This document shows, in pieces, positions 39,959 through 51,399 of a DNA stretch of 64,000 bases. Under the pieces are notes generated by a model. The model ran no database searches. It saw only the letters and a program-made list of their open reading frames with translations, and was not told the origin of the DNA. The stretch is taken from NCBI GenBank assembly GCA_977862235.1, contig OZ374557.1, positions 2,418,001-2,482,000 on the forward strand, read 5' to 3'. The number at the start of each line of letters is the position of its first letter. Position 1 is the stretch's first letter. This DNA comes from Dudresnaya verticillata (taxonomy: Eukaryota). The translations under genes and the position numbers were made by a program.

Positions 39959-40356
39959 TTGCGTACCCATTTACTGTAGGACTCGCGGTGGCCACCCATT
40001 AATATACTGGGAGATACACCCCGCGGCCCGGTCCGTGTGGGGCAGACCCCAATGGGTCTGGTCCACCAGGTTGGTCCGGACCTACTGGTTCCGGTCACCG
40101 TTGTGGACATGCTCGGCATTCTAATTGGCCGGCTGACTCTACGTACTGTACAGTATCATTACAATTACCTAATTACATTTAATCAACTACTTTGCTCCTA
40201 TTGGTGGTGCGCGCAGACTTAAGTAGGGCATACAGTGCTACTGTGTCGATGCACTCCCGCTTTGGCTTTTGGCGCGCACTTAGCAGAGTGCCGGTTGTCG
40301 ACGGTCGCGCGTCGGCTCGCCCTTCGTCCGAACTCCGAAACGGCCACTTCAACACA
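39959..40356 (-). repeat. Family-B LTR fragment (target of E4)
   Basis: Collinear with 53384-53782. Confidence 0.88.
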
Positions 40357-41087
40357 CGCTGCAGGGGGAACGCTCGCGTCGAAACGTCGGCCCCCACCCC
40401 GCTACGCGTCGATGCGTTCTGCGGGGTAACTTGCCTTGGCGCCTCCCGTCATGCGCTCGTCGATAAGTTGCTGCAAGTTGTTTTGCGCGTCGGGGTGCGT
40501 CTCCAGTCTATGGTTGCAGTTCGCATACGCGCAGTAAAACTGCTGCTTCTTAGTCAGGAACGGGCACGAGTACATTATGTGCCCGAGTTCTCGGTAGAAC
40601 CAGCAGATGTACCACCCCTGTCGATCAGGGGTGACAGCGCGGGCCGTTGCCTCTTGCACCGGTGTGAGCGGAGGGATCCTCCTCGGCACCACTACGTCGA
40701 TGCGTCCCGATATGTCCACGGTCTCCTGGGCTTGCGCCGCCCCGGCTGTCGACAACGCGGGTATGACCATGATTGGTTCGAAACCATCTTCATCGGGCGC
40801 CACCAACATCGTGCCTTCGAAGGCCGCTTCCCTATCGGGGGTGTGTGGCCCCTCGAGAAGCAGCGTGCGGCCGCTTGCCGAACTGCTCCCCTACCGCGCC
40901 CCAATGCGATAGCCGGCGTCGACATCTGGGCCACGCAGGCGCGGTAGGCTGTGACCTCACTGTGAGCGATCCGACGAACGGTATTGAAGTTGGTCTGCTC
41001 GACCATCGGCATCTGCCTTACCTTCTCCGCCACTGCAGGTCGGGTGGTCGGAAGCAGACCACACAATAAATGGTGCGTCAGATTCTT
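40357..41087 (-). pseudogene. gag: gag fragment with degenerate zinc knuckle
   Basis: ICWFYRELGHIMYSCP; GLLPTTRPAV resembles gag GLDPTIRSLV. Confidence 0.6.
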
Positions 41088-41450
41088 TGTGGTGTAGTGA
41101 AAACCCACGAACTCCGAGACGGACAGCTGGCCTGACTTTCCTTAACGGACGAGAGCAACACTACCTCCACGGGGTGGTAGAGCAGTTCGCACCGAGACGG
41201 GAGAACAGCGAGCGGCTAACCGAGACGGATATTGGGAAGCAACAGACAAGGGGGTGGTACAAGTGCCGGGACGGACTCCGTAACGGTGGTGGTGGTAGAC
41301 CGCAACGGGCTCGGCGCGGGGAAAACCGTAAAGGATTGGGCTAAGGTTGCTTACCCGTTTACCTTAGGAGCCGCTGCGGTGCCGCCCTGATATACAAGTC
41401 AGGGTGGCACCGAGCGGTCTGGTCCGTGGTGGCCAGACCCTAGTGGTCTG
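41088..41450 (-). repeat. Family-A LTR fragment
   Basis: Reverse complement of 13559-13646 + 14446-14740. Confidence 0.9.
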
Positions 41451-42224
41451 TGTAGTATCTCTAAACGCACCACCGAATGCGACGCCAGGATGAGACCCCA
41501 AAGGACCAGGAAGATCGGTCGGATTTCGTAGCAAACGGCCGAACGTAGAACGGACCTGCGCGCCGGTAGCAAGCGTGGTAGAGCGGGAGCGCACAGACGA
41601 AGTCGCGGCCAAGATCCTGGATGAGCAGTGGAAAATGGCCGAGTTGGGGAAAAGGTTGCAAAACTTTACTTCCAACCTCTGGCGGGACGACTTCGTACCT
41701 ATTCTGGCCGAGTCGTGGTTTGTGGCTGTCTAAGTAGGCCCAAAATCGGCCACTAGAGCTAATCTAGAGCTATTCTACAGTTAGTGGCCGAGGTTACTCC
41801 CCGTCGGCCATAATATCTACTTGTGTTCCGGCGTCGGGCCAATGTTGTACCCTTACCAGACTAAACCAAGTACTTGTTCGTTAGTGGTTGGCCAAATGAG
41901 TTAGATTTTCCCTTAATTTTTCCGCTGTCTTCTGCTTGATTCACCTGCGGCCAAATCCAATTTCCTTTCCGCACTTGCTTCCAGATCCGATCACACCGAT
42001 CATACGTGTACAGCGAGCCACGTGATGCGCTTGGGTGTCGTAGGTGGCCACGTGTGACACACGTGTACACTTGTTGGACACGTGTGCCTCTTGCGCATGT
42101 TCACCGGCGTCCGCTCGGCCGCACTGTCGTCGGTTGGCCAAACGTATCTTTCTGATTGGGCTGCCTGTCCCACTTGGCCCGGCCGGTTGCACCCGTTTTG
42201 GAGGCCCCTTGGCGTTGCAACACA
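41451..42224 (-). repeat. Probable 3' LTR of another element (family F)
   Basis: Begins TGTAGTA exactly where LTR-A homology stops; carries TGGTAGAGCG; ends ...GCAACACA followed by PPT-complement aagcccccttc. Confidence 0.6.
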
Positions 42225-42435
42225 AAGCCCCCTTCGCAAGCGCGGACCCCCGGCCGCGAGGTCGGATCACGGCTATATCAAGACGGGAGCCGCGTCGTCT
42301 GGCACCCTCATCTCCGGCCATCACCCTCAGCACGCGCACCTTAACTGCGCACGCTTGCACCCTACGGCCGACTGCGCTCCTTACTCTTAACCTCCCCCAC
42401 CTTCTCCGACGCCACGCCTTGGCCATCGCGTAGCG

Positions 42436-44319
42436 ATGACTACCGGTCCGGCCAAACAGCGCGCGCGTCGCGCTCCCTCTACTCGCCGTGCGAAGAAGAC
42501 TCCGCCCCCACGAGTTATCTCTTCGGACTCTTCAAGCGGGGATGACACGGCCGACCAAATGAAGAAGGCTCCGCCATCAATGGCTGACTTGCGGAAGGCT
42601 GTTGCATCGTCGTCCAAGAGTGCGCCGGCCAAGGTTACAGTGCCGTCATCATCCAAGAATTCGGCCGCGACTCAAGTAAAGAAGGTAGTGGCTGAATCAA
42701 GTAAGGAGCCGGCCGACACTGAAGAGTTGCAGAAGGTTCTGGCCAACTACCGCGAGCGTCGGGCGGCCGAAGACAAGGAAATCTTGGAACTACAGAGTCG
42801 TTCGGCCGTGTTGGAAGAAGCGAAGAAGACCAATGAGAAGACGTCGGCCGATGCAGTGTTACTTTCGTCATCATCTCCGACACCCCCTCCCGTTTCCAAG
42901 TCGAGGCCGATGAAGTTGGCCATATCTGCTCTTCCACCGTCACCGAAGGTGGCGGCGGCGTCTTCTTCGGCCGGCATCAAAAGTCTCCCACTTGCGCCGT
43001 CACTGTCTTCGCCCTCGATGCGCACAGCCGCGGCCGACACTGTAGCAGGAGTGTCATCCGCTCCTATAGTCTTGGCCGCCAACAAGCAGGCCAGTAAGAC
43101 GGCAGTTCGCCCTTCAACCGTTACCGCTATTGCGCCGCCGGCCCCGCTTTCAACTTCGGCCAAACAATCTACCCCGTGTGCCAGTGTTGGAACTGATGGC
43201 AACGCTAAAACGGCTGAGACGGCTCTCGATAAGTCGGCCGATGGGAAGAAGGCGGATCGTGCTGAGACGGCCAACCCAGAAGACTTGGCCGTATTGCGTG
43301 AAGCCATGGATGTAGTGGCCGAGAGAGAGAAGGCGCGTGCTTTAGCAGGCGTTGCTGTTCCACGACGGCCGACTGCTGAGAAGGCCACCGATAATCCCAC
43401 GGCACATCGTTTGGCGCCTCGCTTGCGGTCATCTCCCTCGCCCTTCATGCCTACTCGTCAATCCGGCCCAGGCTTAAAGCCCTCTTCGTCACGTAGCCCA
43501 CCATCGAAGAAGCTGCGAGTGGCCGAAGAAGAGAAGACAGCGGCCGTTAAGAAGGTACCTCCTCCTTCAAGGAGCGAAGTGATCGACGTTGATACGGACA
43601 CTCCTGTGCCACCGGCCAGGTTGATGAGTGATGGCGACCAGCGGCGCTTCGTTAGTCAGCTACCTGACTTAGAAGATCTCCCTCGGCTGAAGGATGAAGG
43701 GGAAGTTGCTCCAGCTCCCGCTCCGGCTCCTCAAACATCTTCGCCGGCCGTTCCAGCTCCCACGCCAGACCCCAGAGAGTCTGCACTTATTCCGCGTGAG
43801 GACGTAGTGGACGCCACGGCCGCTAGTCGGGAAGTTCGTCGGCCGTCCGCATCATCTGCTCGTCGAACTCGTGGCCATTCCGTTCCGATTTCTACACCGG
43901 CCAATTATTCTCCCCTGCCGCAGGATTTCGACCCTACTAGACACACTCAGACGGCGTCACATCGGCCGGCTCACATCCCACCGGGGACTGAAGATCGCGA
44001 TGGCCCAGAGGTGCGACTGGACGCGAGTTTGCCCGATATGTCCATATGGCCCAAGTTTCCGAGAGTTGACATCAACTACACGGAGCTGGTGGCTACTTCG
44101 CCGAAACTGGATATGGTTCGTCTTCGTGAGAGTCCCGATAACTTGGCCGACAATTGGCGCCAGTTCCGTTCTTCGCGCGCTGGCGGCCACTTATATTGGG
44201 TGCCATGGGAGATTGGATACAACCGCGCCTTCCTACTTAACATAGGCGACGTCTTGTTGGTCCATCAAGCTTGCCCTAGGAGAATCATACCGGGAATTAC
44301 ACGGGTAATTAGCGGGTAA
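42436..44319 (+). CDS. Probable antisense accessory ORF (type C); long Pro/Ala/Ser/Lys region, domain cut at about 44273
   Basis: 627-aa open frame about 210 bp from the LTR/PPT, same placement as the other accessory ORFs; ends with HLYWVPWEIGY. Confidence 0.6.
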   Translation: MTTGPAKQRARRAPSTRRAKKTPPPRVISSDSSSGDDTADQMKKAPPSMADLRKAVASSSKSAPAKVTVPSSSKNSAATQVKKVVAESSKEPADTEELQKVLANYRERRAAEDKEILELQSRSAVLEEAKKTNEKTSADAVLLSSSSPTPPPVSKSRPMKLAISALPPSPKVAAASSSAGIKSLPLAPSLSSPSMRTAAADTVAGVSSAPIVLAANKQASKTAVRPSTVTAIAPPAPLSTSAKQSTPCASVGTDGNAKTAETALDKSADGKKADRAETANPEDLAVLREAMDVVAEREKARALAGVAVPRRPTAEKATDNPTAHRLAPRLRSSPSPFMPTRQSGPGLKPSSSRSPPSKKLRVAEEEKTAAVKKVPPPSRSEVIDVDTDTPVPPARLMSDGDQRRFVSQLPDLEDLPRLKDEGEVAPAPAPAPQTSSPAVPAPTPDPRESALIPREDVVDATAASREVRRPSASSARRTRGHSVPISTPANYSPLPQDFDPTRHTQTASHRPAHIPPGTEDRDGPEVRLDASLPDMSIWPKFPRVDINYTELVATSPKLDMVRLRESPDNLADNWRQFRSSRAGGHLYWVPWEIGYNRAFLLNIGDVLLVHQACPRRIIPGITRVISG

Positions 44320-45700
44320 TCGGACACCTACCGGCTACCCGTTGAACACCCGCCATTTGCCGCCAAATTTGACACCGCTTAGCGCGCCGCATTGCCGCAT
44401 TAGAGAATGTTTCAAACCCCGGTTTATATTTGAGACAGCGGGAATTCGAAATTGGGCGACACATCATTGCATCTTGTTCGCACACTTGGATACTCCGGAT
44501 ACGCTGATCTTCAAGTTTATGACAAATATTTCTCGATGACCCTGCCGCGCGTGACACTTCATCCACGTCGGCGCCGTGACGCAGAAGGGTCACAACGCAG
44601 TCTTGCGATGAGACCGACAGCACCCCTCCCGCTCACCGCCGCCCGTTCACCGTCCACCCGCTCATCACCCCCACACTCACCGCCCCCACGCTCACCGCGC
44701 CCCGCTCACCGTCCCCGATTCCAAGACGCCCAACTCTTCTAGCGATCCGAACTCCAGCTCGGCTAGCAGCCCGAACGCCCTCGCCTCCGCAAGTCCAAGC
44801 ACGCATGCGTCGCGCGCTCTTCCCTCTCTATCAGCTCCGCTAGCTCCAATACGTATATCAGAGCCTGCTCCTCCAGTTACAGCTGCACAATCTTCAGCGG
44901 CACCAGCTCCGCTAGCCGCAGTTCCATCCCCTCCGACCGCGCTGAAAGTTCTACCCGCTCTTCCATTCCCAGGTCGACCAGTGCCAGCTCGTCTTGCACC
45001 AAACCTGCGTGTTCAACCTGCGTCCGCGACACCTGCGCCAGCTTCGCCTCTAGCCGCAGTAGTCTCGTCCACTTCTGCAACATCGATACTGAACCAGAAG
45101 GCCATACCACGATGCCGTCGGCCACCAAACGTGCCAATCATGAATCCGAAGATCATGGGGGTAGTACCGGCGTGCCATGAGGGACAGCCGCAGCGCAGGT
45201 CACGGCCGTGAGGATGAGTTCCGCACTGTGCCTGGGGCGAGTTCTAAACCCTGGAGCGGAACCACAGGGGCTGAAGGGGTGACACATAATGTAGACTCGG
45301 AAGACACAGTAGGTATGTGAACCGTCGAGTCACGAGTAGTGGCGCCATGATCGATGAATCTGGTGAGGGTGCCAACAGATACTTCACGGCAAGCTTGTTC
45401 GGGACTAGACTCAGCATCTTCTTCCGTTTCATGGTCTTCAAGTCCGTCCCTACTAGAGAAGTGGAAAATTGTCGCTCGTGGGTCAGTAAATCGAGGACCC
45501 CATCTAAAAGAGCCCCTTCCCATTTCTTGTCGTCTTTGATTAGCGCGGCGTCGATGGTTCAGCATCGTCGAGCGAGATACCGGTTTCCCACCGCATACGC
45601 ATTCGAACCATGGCGGACATGCGTATCGAGGCGGTGGCATTCCGTTCCAGTTTTGGATCGTCAAAATGACCACGCGGTACTCGAGGGCGTCTCGATGCAA
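44274..45700. mobile_element. Possible DNA transposon end (CACTA/EnSpm-like)
   Basis: CCCTAGG start, subterminal CGGG(T/A)A(A)TT repeats, CCGCTCACCG array, ORF with CPPWFECVC..VSRSTMLNH; no second TIR found. Confidence 0.3.
44628..44716. repeat. Degenerate minisatellite of about 15 bp (CCGCTCACCG core, about 6 copies)
   Basis: Direct reading of the sequence. Confidence 0.8.
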
Positions 45701-45921
45701 AGCTGGGGGTGCACAACGTCGTCCCTGAGGGGGTGGCTCAACTTTGCATTTCCACGCTATGCGCAGGGATAGGTAGCTCTTGATTTCGCAATCCGACCGA
45801 AGCGAAATTCCTTTCGGTTGATGTCTTTCCTTTCCACATTTAGTAGTCGTCCAATTCCCCGGATGGGCCGCAGTCCAGAAGCACGCTTTTCTTCAAAGAA
45901 GACCCGAAGTCTTCCGTTACG

Positions 45922-47220
45922 ATGGCTATGTCTCGCGACGTATTGCAAGCTCTGAACCGTCGCTTTGATTCTCTGGAAAGATGTATGCTATCTGTAAAGA
46001 AAGACACAGAGAGTTTGGGTGTTTTCATTCGCGGGCAGAACCCTTCATCATTCATATACCGTATTCCAAAACCAACTCAGAAAGACATCGGACGTTGTCG
46101 TGACACTGCGAAACTCCTTCGCCAGCAAATTGACGTTGAAAACAAGGCCATACCGCATGGCTTGAAGAAGCATGTTCCTTTTCCAGAGCATCTTTCGAAT
46201 GAAAGGATAAACAAGGATGCTGTCCGCATTCTTGAACCTATCCTGCACCGGCACATGTCAGAGCTCGTCGGAAATGTCACTTTCGAGGGCGTACGTGATC
46301 GGCATCGCTCACATTTCGACAAGGTTATGAGTGAGGCTGGTGTGCATCCTCAGTTGCGTCATTTCCACCAGTCAGCCGGGAACTGGGCGCTGGAAATGAT
46401 CATCTCAGAGCGCATGAAGACAATTATGAAAAAGCGAAGGAAGGAAAGAGCTGAGCAGAAGGTCGTCGACGCTGAGGTAGACAATGAGCAGGCGTTTGAG
46501 GGGTCTCGTGGAGTGGATGGTAACTCACATGCAGAACAGGTCGCCAGACATGCCGAAGACGACGAGGACGACTGCGAACTGCGTGACGAATGCAGGATAT
46601 CCCCGGAGTTCTCTGTACGTACCGCGCCATTCAGCGAAATACAATGCAGCTCCGTAAGAAATGTTCCCTACTCTTCTGTGAATGACTTTCATACACACCA
46701 GGAAAGAAACGACAATGACATACATAAGTCAGTGGACCCGAGAGGAGACGCTGCTGGAAATGAACTCACATTGCCGGTTGGAACCGTTCCTTCTCGTGCG
46801 TGGAACGCGCCAAACAATTCAGTTATTACCGGGCCTTCTGCTGCGAGTCGGGTACCGGACCTCCCTGAGCAGCACCAGTATGCAGCGCGTCATTTTCCTG
46901 CAACATTTGCAGCTGTACCCCGAAACGGAAGCACAACGATGGAAGTGCGGGCTGCATATGACGGTTCAGCCGGTATATGGAACAGTCAAGGAAACAGAAC
47001 AACATGCGGTGCAGCACTGCGTACAGTTTCGGAAGGTACTGCGGTCCCCACGAGACGGGAAGCACCGACGCGAAGGCCGGCCGTACCAGCAAGTGGCCTT
47101 CATGCTGGACCACGTGGCACACGCATAGATGGTGTCACAAAGCGGGGAAGAAGGCACCTACCTGCTGGCAGAGGAAGAGGGCGTGTGGGAACAGTCGCGA
47201 GGGCAGTTAAGAATTCATGA
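45922..47220 (+). CDS. Hypothetical protein (432 aa), possibly TE-encoded
   Basis: Uninterrupted ATG-started ORF; helical N-terminal half, acidic patch, RG-rich tail. Confidence 0.55.
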   Translation: MAMSRDVLQALNRRFDSLERCMLSVKKDTESLGVFIRGQNPSSFIYRIPKPTQKDIGRCRDTAKLLRQQIDVENKAIPHGLKKHVPFPEHLSNERINKDAVRILEPILHRHMSELVGNVTFEGVRDRHRSHFDKVMSEAGVHPQLRHFHQSAGNWALEMIISERMKTIMKKRRKERAEQKVVDAEVDNEQAFEGSRGVDGNSHAEQVARHAEDDEDDCELRDECRISPEFSVRTAPFSEIQCSSVRNVPYSSVNDFHTHQERNDNDIHKSVDPRGDAAGNELTLPVGTVPSRAWNAPNNSVITGPSAASRVPDLPEQHQYAARHFPATFAAVPRNGSTTMEVRAAYDGSAGIWNSQGNRTTCGAALRTVSEGTAVPTRREAPTRRPAVPASGLHAGPRGTRIDGVTKRGRRHLPAGRGRGRVGTVARAVKNS

Positions 47221-49064
47221 GATATCACGGAGACATTGGATGACATATGCTTGCGGTAACGTACCATTCAACTCAATCCCGACAGTTGTGCTCAAGTAGA
47301 CTTGGCATCTGACAGAGCATGTCGCAGAGAAACAAGGAAGAAATTAAAAGGATAAAGAAAAAGATAAGCGAGGCTTTGCAGATTGTAGAAAGGGTTCGTC
47401 CTTACATTTGTAGGGAACATTGACAACAATATCCTGTACTGTACCTTGGCAGCTTCCAGTCTGTTCCAGGCACTTTTAGCTGTAACATTGCATTCACAGG
47501 GAATGCTTGCATTGCTAGCAGCGGCACAGGTGCAGTTTGCAATGGGACAGACTCTGTCCTGGTTAATCCTCAACAGATCAACCTTTCTGGAATAGTGGAA
47601 AGTGCCTCGTTTCATTATCCCGCACTGCGCAGCCGGTCTCCTGACTCTCTTTGGCAAGCAGCGCTTGTGTTACGAATCGCACGCCAAGGTACAAATGCAT
47701 AGCAAATGTCAGCAGAATTCCAATATCTTGCGGAGAACTAGATACCTGCGGAGTCGAGAGAGGGAATCGCTGCAGGAGAGTGATCGCAGTGCATGCGGTG
47801 CAGGTTGGGGCATCGCAGCCCCTAGCGCGACGGAGCCGCCCGGACACCACAGCGACTGCCGGTTGCAGGACCTTCTACGGGTGTTATGATGCTGTTGCGG
47901 TTAGTGCTAGCACTACCTGTGTCCTCCCCACGGGCTGGGTTTGGACTTGGTGGCGTCGATGAACTGGGACGAGGACGGTCGCGCTGCCGCGATGGAGCGG
48001 AGGGGAGATGGAGAGCAAACAGGGCAGCCTGTTTGGCCCTTTTGGAGATCGCGAGCACGCTGATCGCGATTTCACGCAACCCAGATCCAGATCCTCTTGC
48101 CAATTACTCTGCGTTTCATTTGTGACGGCGGTCTGCTTTCCCCATTTCGGCCCGGGCCTCTCCATCCCGGCCACCCGGCCCTGACTGTATCCATAAAAGC
48201 AGTCGTTCAAGGTGCGGGGTTTCCAGCAGCAGTAGGGCGAGCAGGGTGAGCAGAGCCGCGAGCCCGGCGACCGGAGCGCGCTGCATCGGCACACCTTTTT
48301 CCCGCGTGAGGGCGCACGAGGGACGAGGGGATTCACTACAACGGTAATTCCTTGTCCCACTGGTACTAGTACAGTAGGAGTCCTGGGAAGGCACGGATTG
48401 CGAAATATTCTAAGTCTAAGAAGCCGCAAATCTCGTGATTTTGGCCTCGCGACAGCACTCAAAAGCAGGTTCCCTTCGCAAATAAAACAGTGTCTACTGG
48501 ATCGCGAGATATTGGCAACGGGCCAGGCAAGCCTGGTATGGTCTCCCCGCAGATCATCTGGGGAGATGATCTCCCGAGGAAACAAAATCTGGCCGATTCG
48601 AAAGCCTTTTACCGCCCCGTAATGCTAATGCAAGACTCGCACCGCAAAAACGCCTGACGATGCATTCATTCACCATCACTGACTTTGCTGACTTCCTCGG
48701 CGCCTTTCTCACCGTCTACAACGGGCACGGTGACTAGTGTCCCACGCTGCGGGACAGTTCGAGGCCATGCTCCACCGCTACTATCTCGACGACTCCTCCA
48801 ACGAGTCGAAGGCAAGCAGCTTGCTGTTCGCCCGTGGGGTGGCTTCGGCTGAACACCACCTGGAAAAGGAAGACATCGAGAGTGTTTGCTCTAAACCGGG
48901 TTTTAAGTGGTGGTATGAAGGTGTTTAAGAGACGGGAACAACCCCTGTAAACTCTGCTACGTTTCCGGTCAAGGAGACTTTTGGGCGACCTTATCACAGC
49001 ATGGTGCCATTGTGAGTGTCCATCACTGTTGTTTAATGGGTACCACGGCAACTGCTTGCTTTGT

Positions 49065-49636
49065 ATGGGATTTCCCCGGCATCACTTCCTCCCGGCCTGC
49101 GCCATTGTGCTCGTCTGCTACCTCGCCATCACCGCCGACCAGCTGCGCGTGCGCGTCTCGTGCGTGCTGTCCGCGTCTGCGCCCGCCACGCGCGCGCATT
49201 CGCATGCCAACCGCACGCCGCGAAGGGGCAGCGTGTCGGCGCGCCACGTGCGCGCTGCCATCCTGCGCAGCCGCGCCCGCGGGCGTCGCGCCGCAGCACG
49301 CCCGCTCGTACCTCATGGTCTTCATGGGCCACAGCGGGTCCACGGCGCTGCTGACCGAGCTGCACCAGCACCCGGCCATGCTGTCCGACTACGCGGAGCC
49401 GGTGAATCACGCCGCCGCGGACAATAGCTCGGCCGCGCTAGCCATGACGCGCCGAATTTTCGACCAGGGCCTGCACGAGGGCAAGGTCCCGGGCTTCAAG
49501 ATCCGCCCGCGCCACATTCTGGACGCGCCGGACGAGTGGCGCGCCCTGGTGGTCGAGTACCGCACGCGCATCATCTGGCAGTACCGCAAGAACATCTTCA
49601 AGGCCGCCGTGGGCGAGTACTCGCACCGCTCACGTA
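49065..49636 (+). pseudogene. Type-II membrane sulfotransferase-like gene, frameshifted and 3'-truncated
   Basis: N-terminal TM ACAIVLVCYLAITA; 5'-PSB-like MGHSGSTALLTELHQHP; GFK; IIWQYRKNIFKAAV (3'-PB-like); high GC3. Confidence 0.7.
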
Positions 49637-49731
49637 GGTGCCGCTCGGCCGGCAGCTGTACCCGGCTTGCTCGCCCAGGAACTGCGTGTTCGTGTCGAGG
49701 TCCTTCTCTCGCTGCGGCCACTGGTACTCTA

Positions 49732-50815
49732 CTAGCAGCTCCGTGCCGGAGAGTGAAGTGCGGGTCGTGGAGAAGCTGAAGCGTGCCTGTTGCGACCGCA
49801 CAAAGTCCACGATCTCCTTGCGCACGACGATTGTGCGCTTGCCGTTGGAGTCTGTCTTGAGAATGCTGCGCAGTTCGGTGTTGAGCTTGTCGTCCTGGTC
49901 GTCGCCAAAGCCCTTTGCTTTCTTTTCTGCAATTCGGTTGACGCCTTTGAGCAGCTGCTTGTTGATTACGTCGCGGACAACGCCTGGAAAGAGATGCTAT
50001 TTGACGGCGACGATGTTTCCGATGCGGAACACAACACGCCTCAGAATGCCGTTGAATATCGATTTGATACTGTCACCCTTGAAACTCTGCGACACCACGG
50101 TCAGGATGCCAGACAGTTTGGACTTGACGAAGGAATAGATGCGCTTGAGCCACGACATGCCATGGATTCGGAAGCTCAAATTGTGGCTCTCCAGGTCGAA
50201 CAGCAAGGCTACTTCCGGCTGGATGCAAAGTTCGTAGTCTCCATCTGAGCGAGCGCGGAAAGAAGGCTTTAAGGAAAGGCCCACGGTGATGTCCGCCAAT
50301 GTGGACAGGGCGCCGGCGGCGTAGAAACTGTCCCTTGCGTAGCGTCGACGCTTTCCGAAAAAGCGAATTCCAAACTCCTTTCTCATGTCGACGCGAGCGT
50401 TGGAGTTTACCGGGAGTTTGAGGGCCACAACGACCGGCTCATACAGCATGTTGCCCTTGCGTTGGATGGAAGCTGCGCTGGTGATCAGACATTGGTAGTA
50501 GACATTGAGTAGTAGGACTCTCACGGAGCAGCTGTTGCCGGTGTCAAGCCAGCGATCGGTCGGATCGGTATACCTGAACAAGACTCCGTTGTTGGAGATG
50601 GAGATTTGGCGGGATTGCAATTCTTCATTTACTGTCTTGAGCACGATGGAGCAAACGGCTTGAACAATTTGGTTGGAATTCTTGCAGGTGAATAGGCCTG
50701 GTGATATTTGGCGGACGACGGAAGTGTTGAGCGACCTTGGTGGGCTTGCAAACACTTGCAGCGAAAGGAAGCAGACAAGCACAAAGCCAGCGCTGCAATG
50801 CAGAAGACTCAGCAT
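49732..50815 (-). pseudogene. Secreted protein of unknown function, frameshift near 49997
   Basis: Signal peptide MLSLLHCSAGFVLVCFLSLQVFA; beta-rich body; reading continues in another frame (…KLNTELRSILK…VRKEIVDFV). Confidence 0.55.
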
Positions 50816-50842
50816 GTTGTTGTTGTTGTTGTTGTTGTTGTT
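50816..50842. repeat. (GTT)9 microsatellite
   Basis: Direct reading; immediately upstream of the ATG at 50815. Confidence 0.95.
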
Positions 50843-51399
50843 GTGGAATAGAATGGTTTGTGACAAGGGTGACTGGGTATCTAACCTGAAAGGGTAGCAC
50901 CGTTCCTAGAGATGGGATGGGGATTGCAAGCACAAGTATGGCCGTCTGTGTGTGCGATGTGAATGCATGTGAGCAATCTCAGTATATATAGCGTGAGCGT
51001 GCAACAGGTGGTAGTGTGCATGCAAAGCATGGATATGAGATATTATAGAAAAGTGTTTGCTACATTACTATTGTTAATAGCGTAGCACGGGCGCGGGTCT
51101 CTCAAGTTGAAGGAAACATGATGTTCAAGGTGAAGAAGATGACAGTGCATGTGGCTCCTTCCTCGCAATCAGGGTTTTTTCACTTGCTTTGTTGTGATAA
51201 GATCAGTCAACCCCGCCCTGACCAGCCCATTCTCGCACGCCCTGCTCGCCGCCTTCCGCACCGGCTTTTCCACCCTCCCGTCGCCATTGCAGAATTCTGT
51301 TGGACACGCCGGCCCGCCTTCACGCCCGCTGAAGCAGCCGCGCGATTCACAGTTGTCGTCTTTACTGCAGACCGGCGACTCGCTCGTCGTACCGATGCA

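Noticed and set aside
44274..48387. CCTGGG at about 48387 as the right TIR of the 44274 insert
   Set aside because: Poor complementarity to CCCTAGGAGAATC, no TSD, and the interrupted ORF does not visibly resume.
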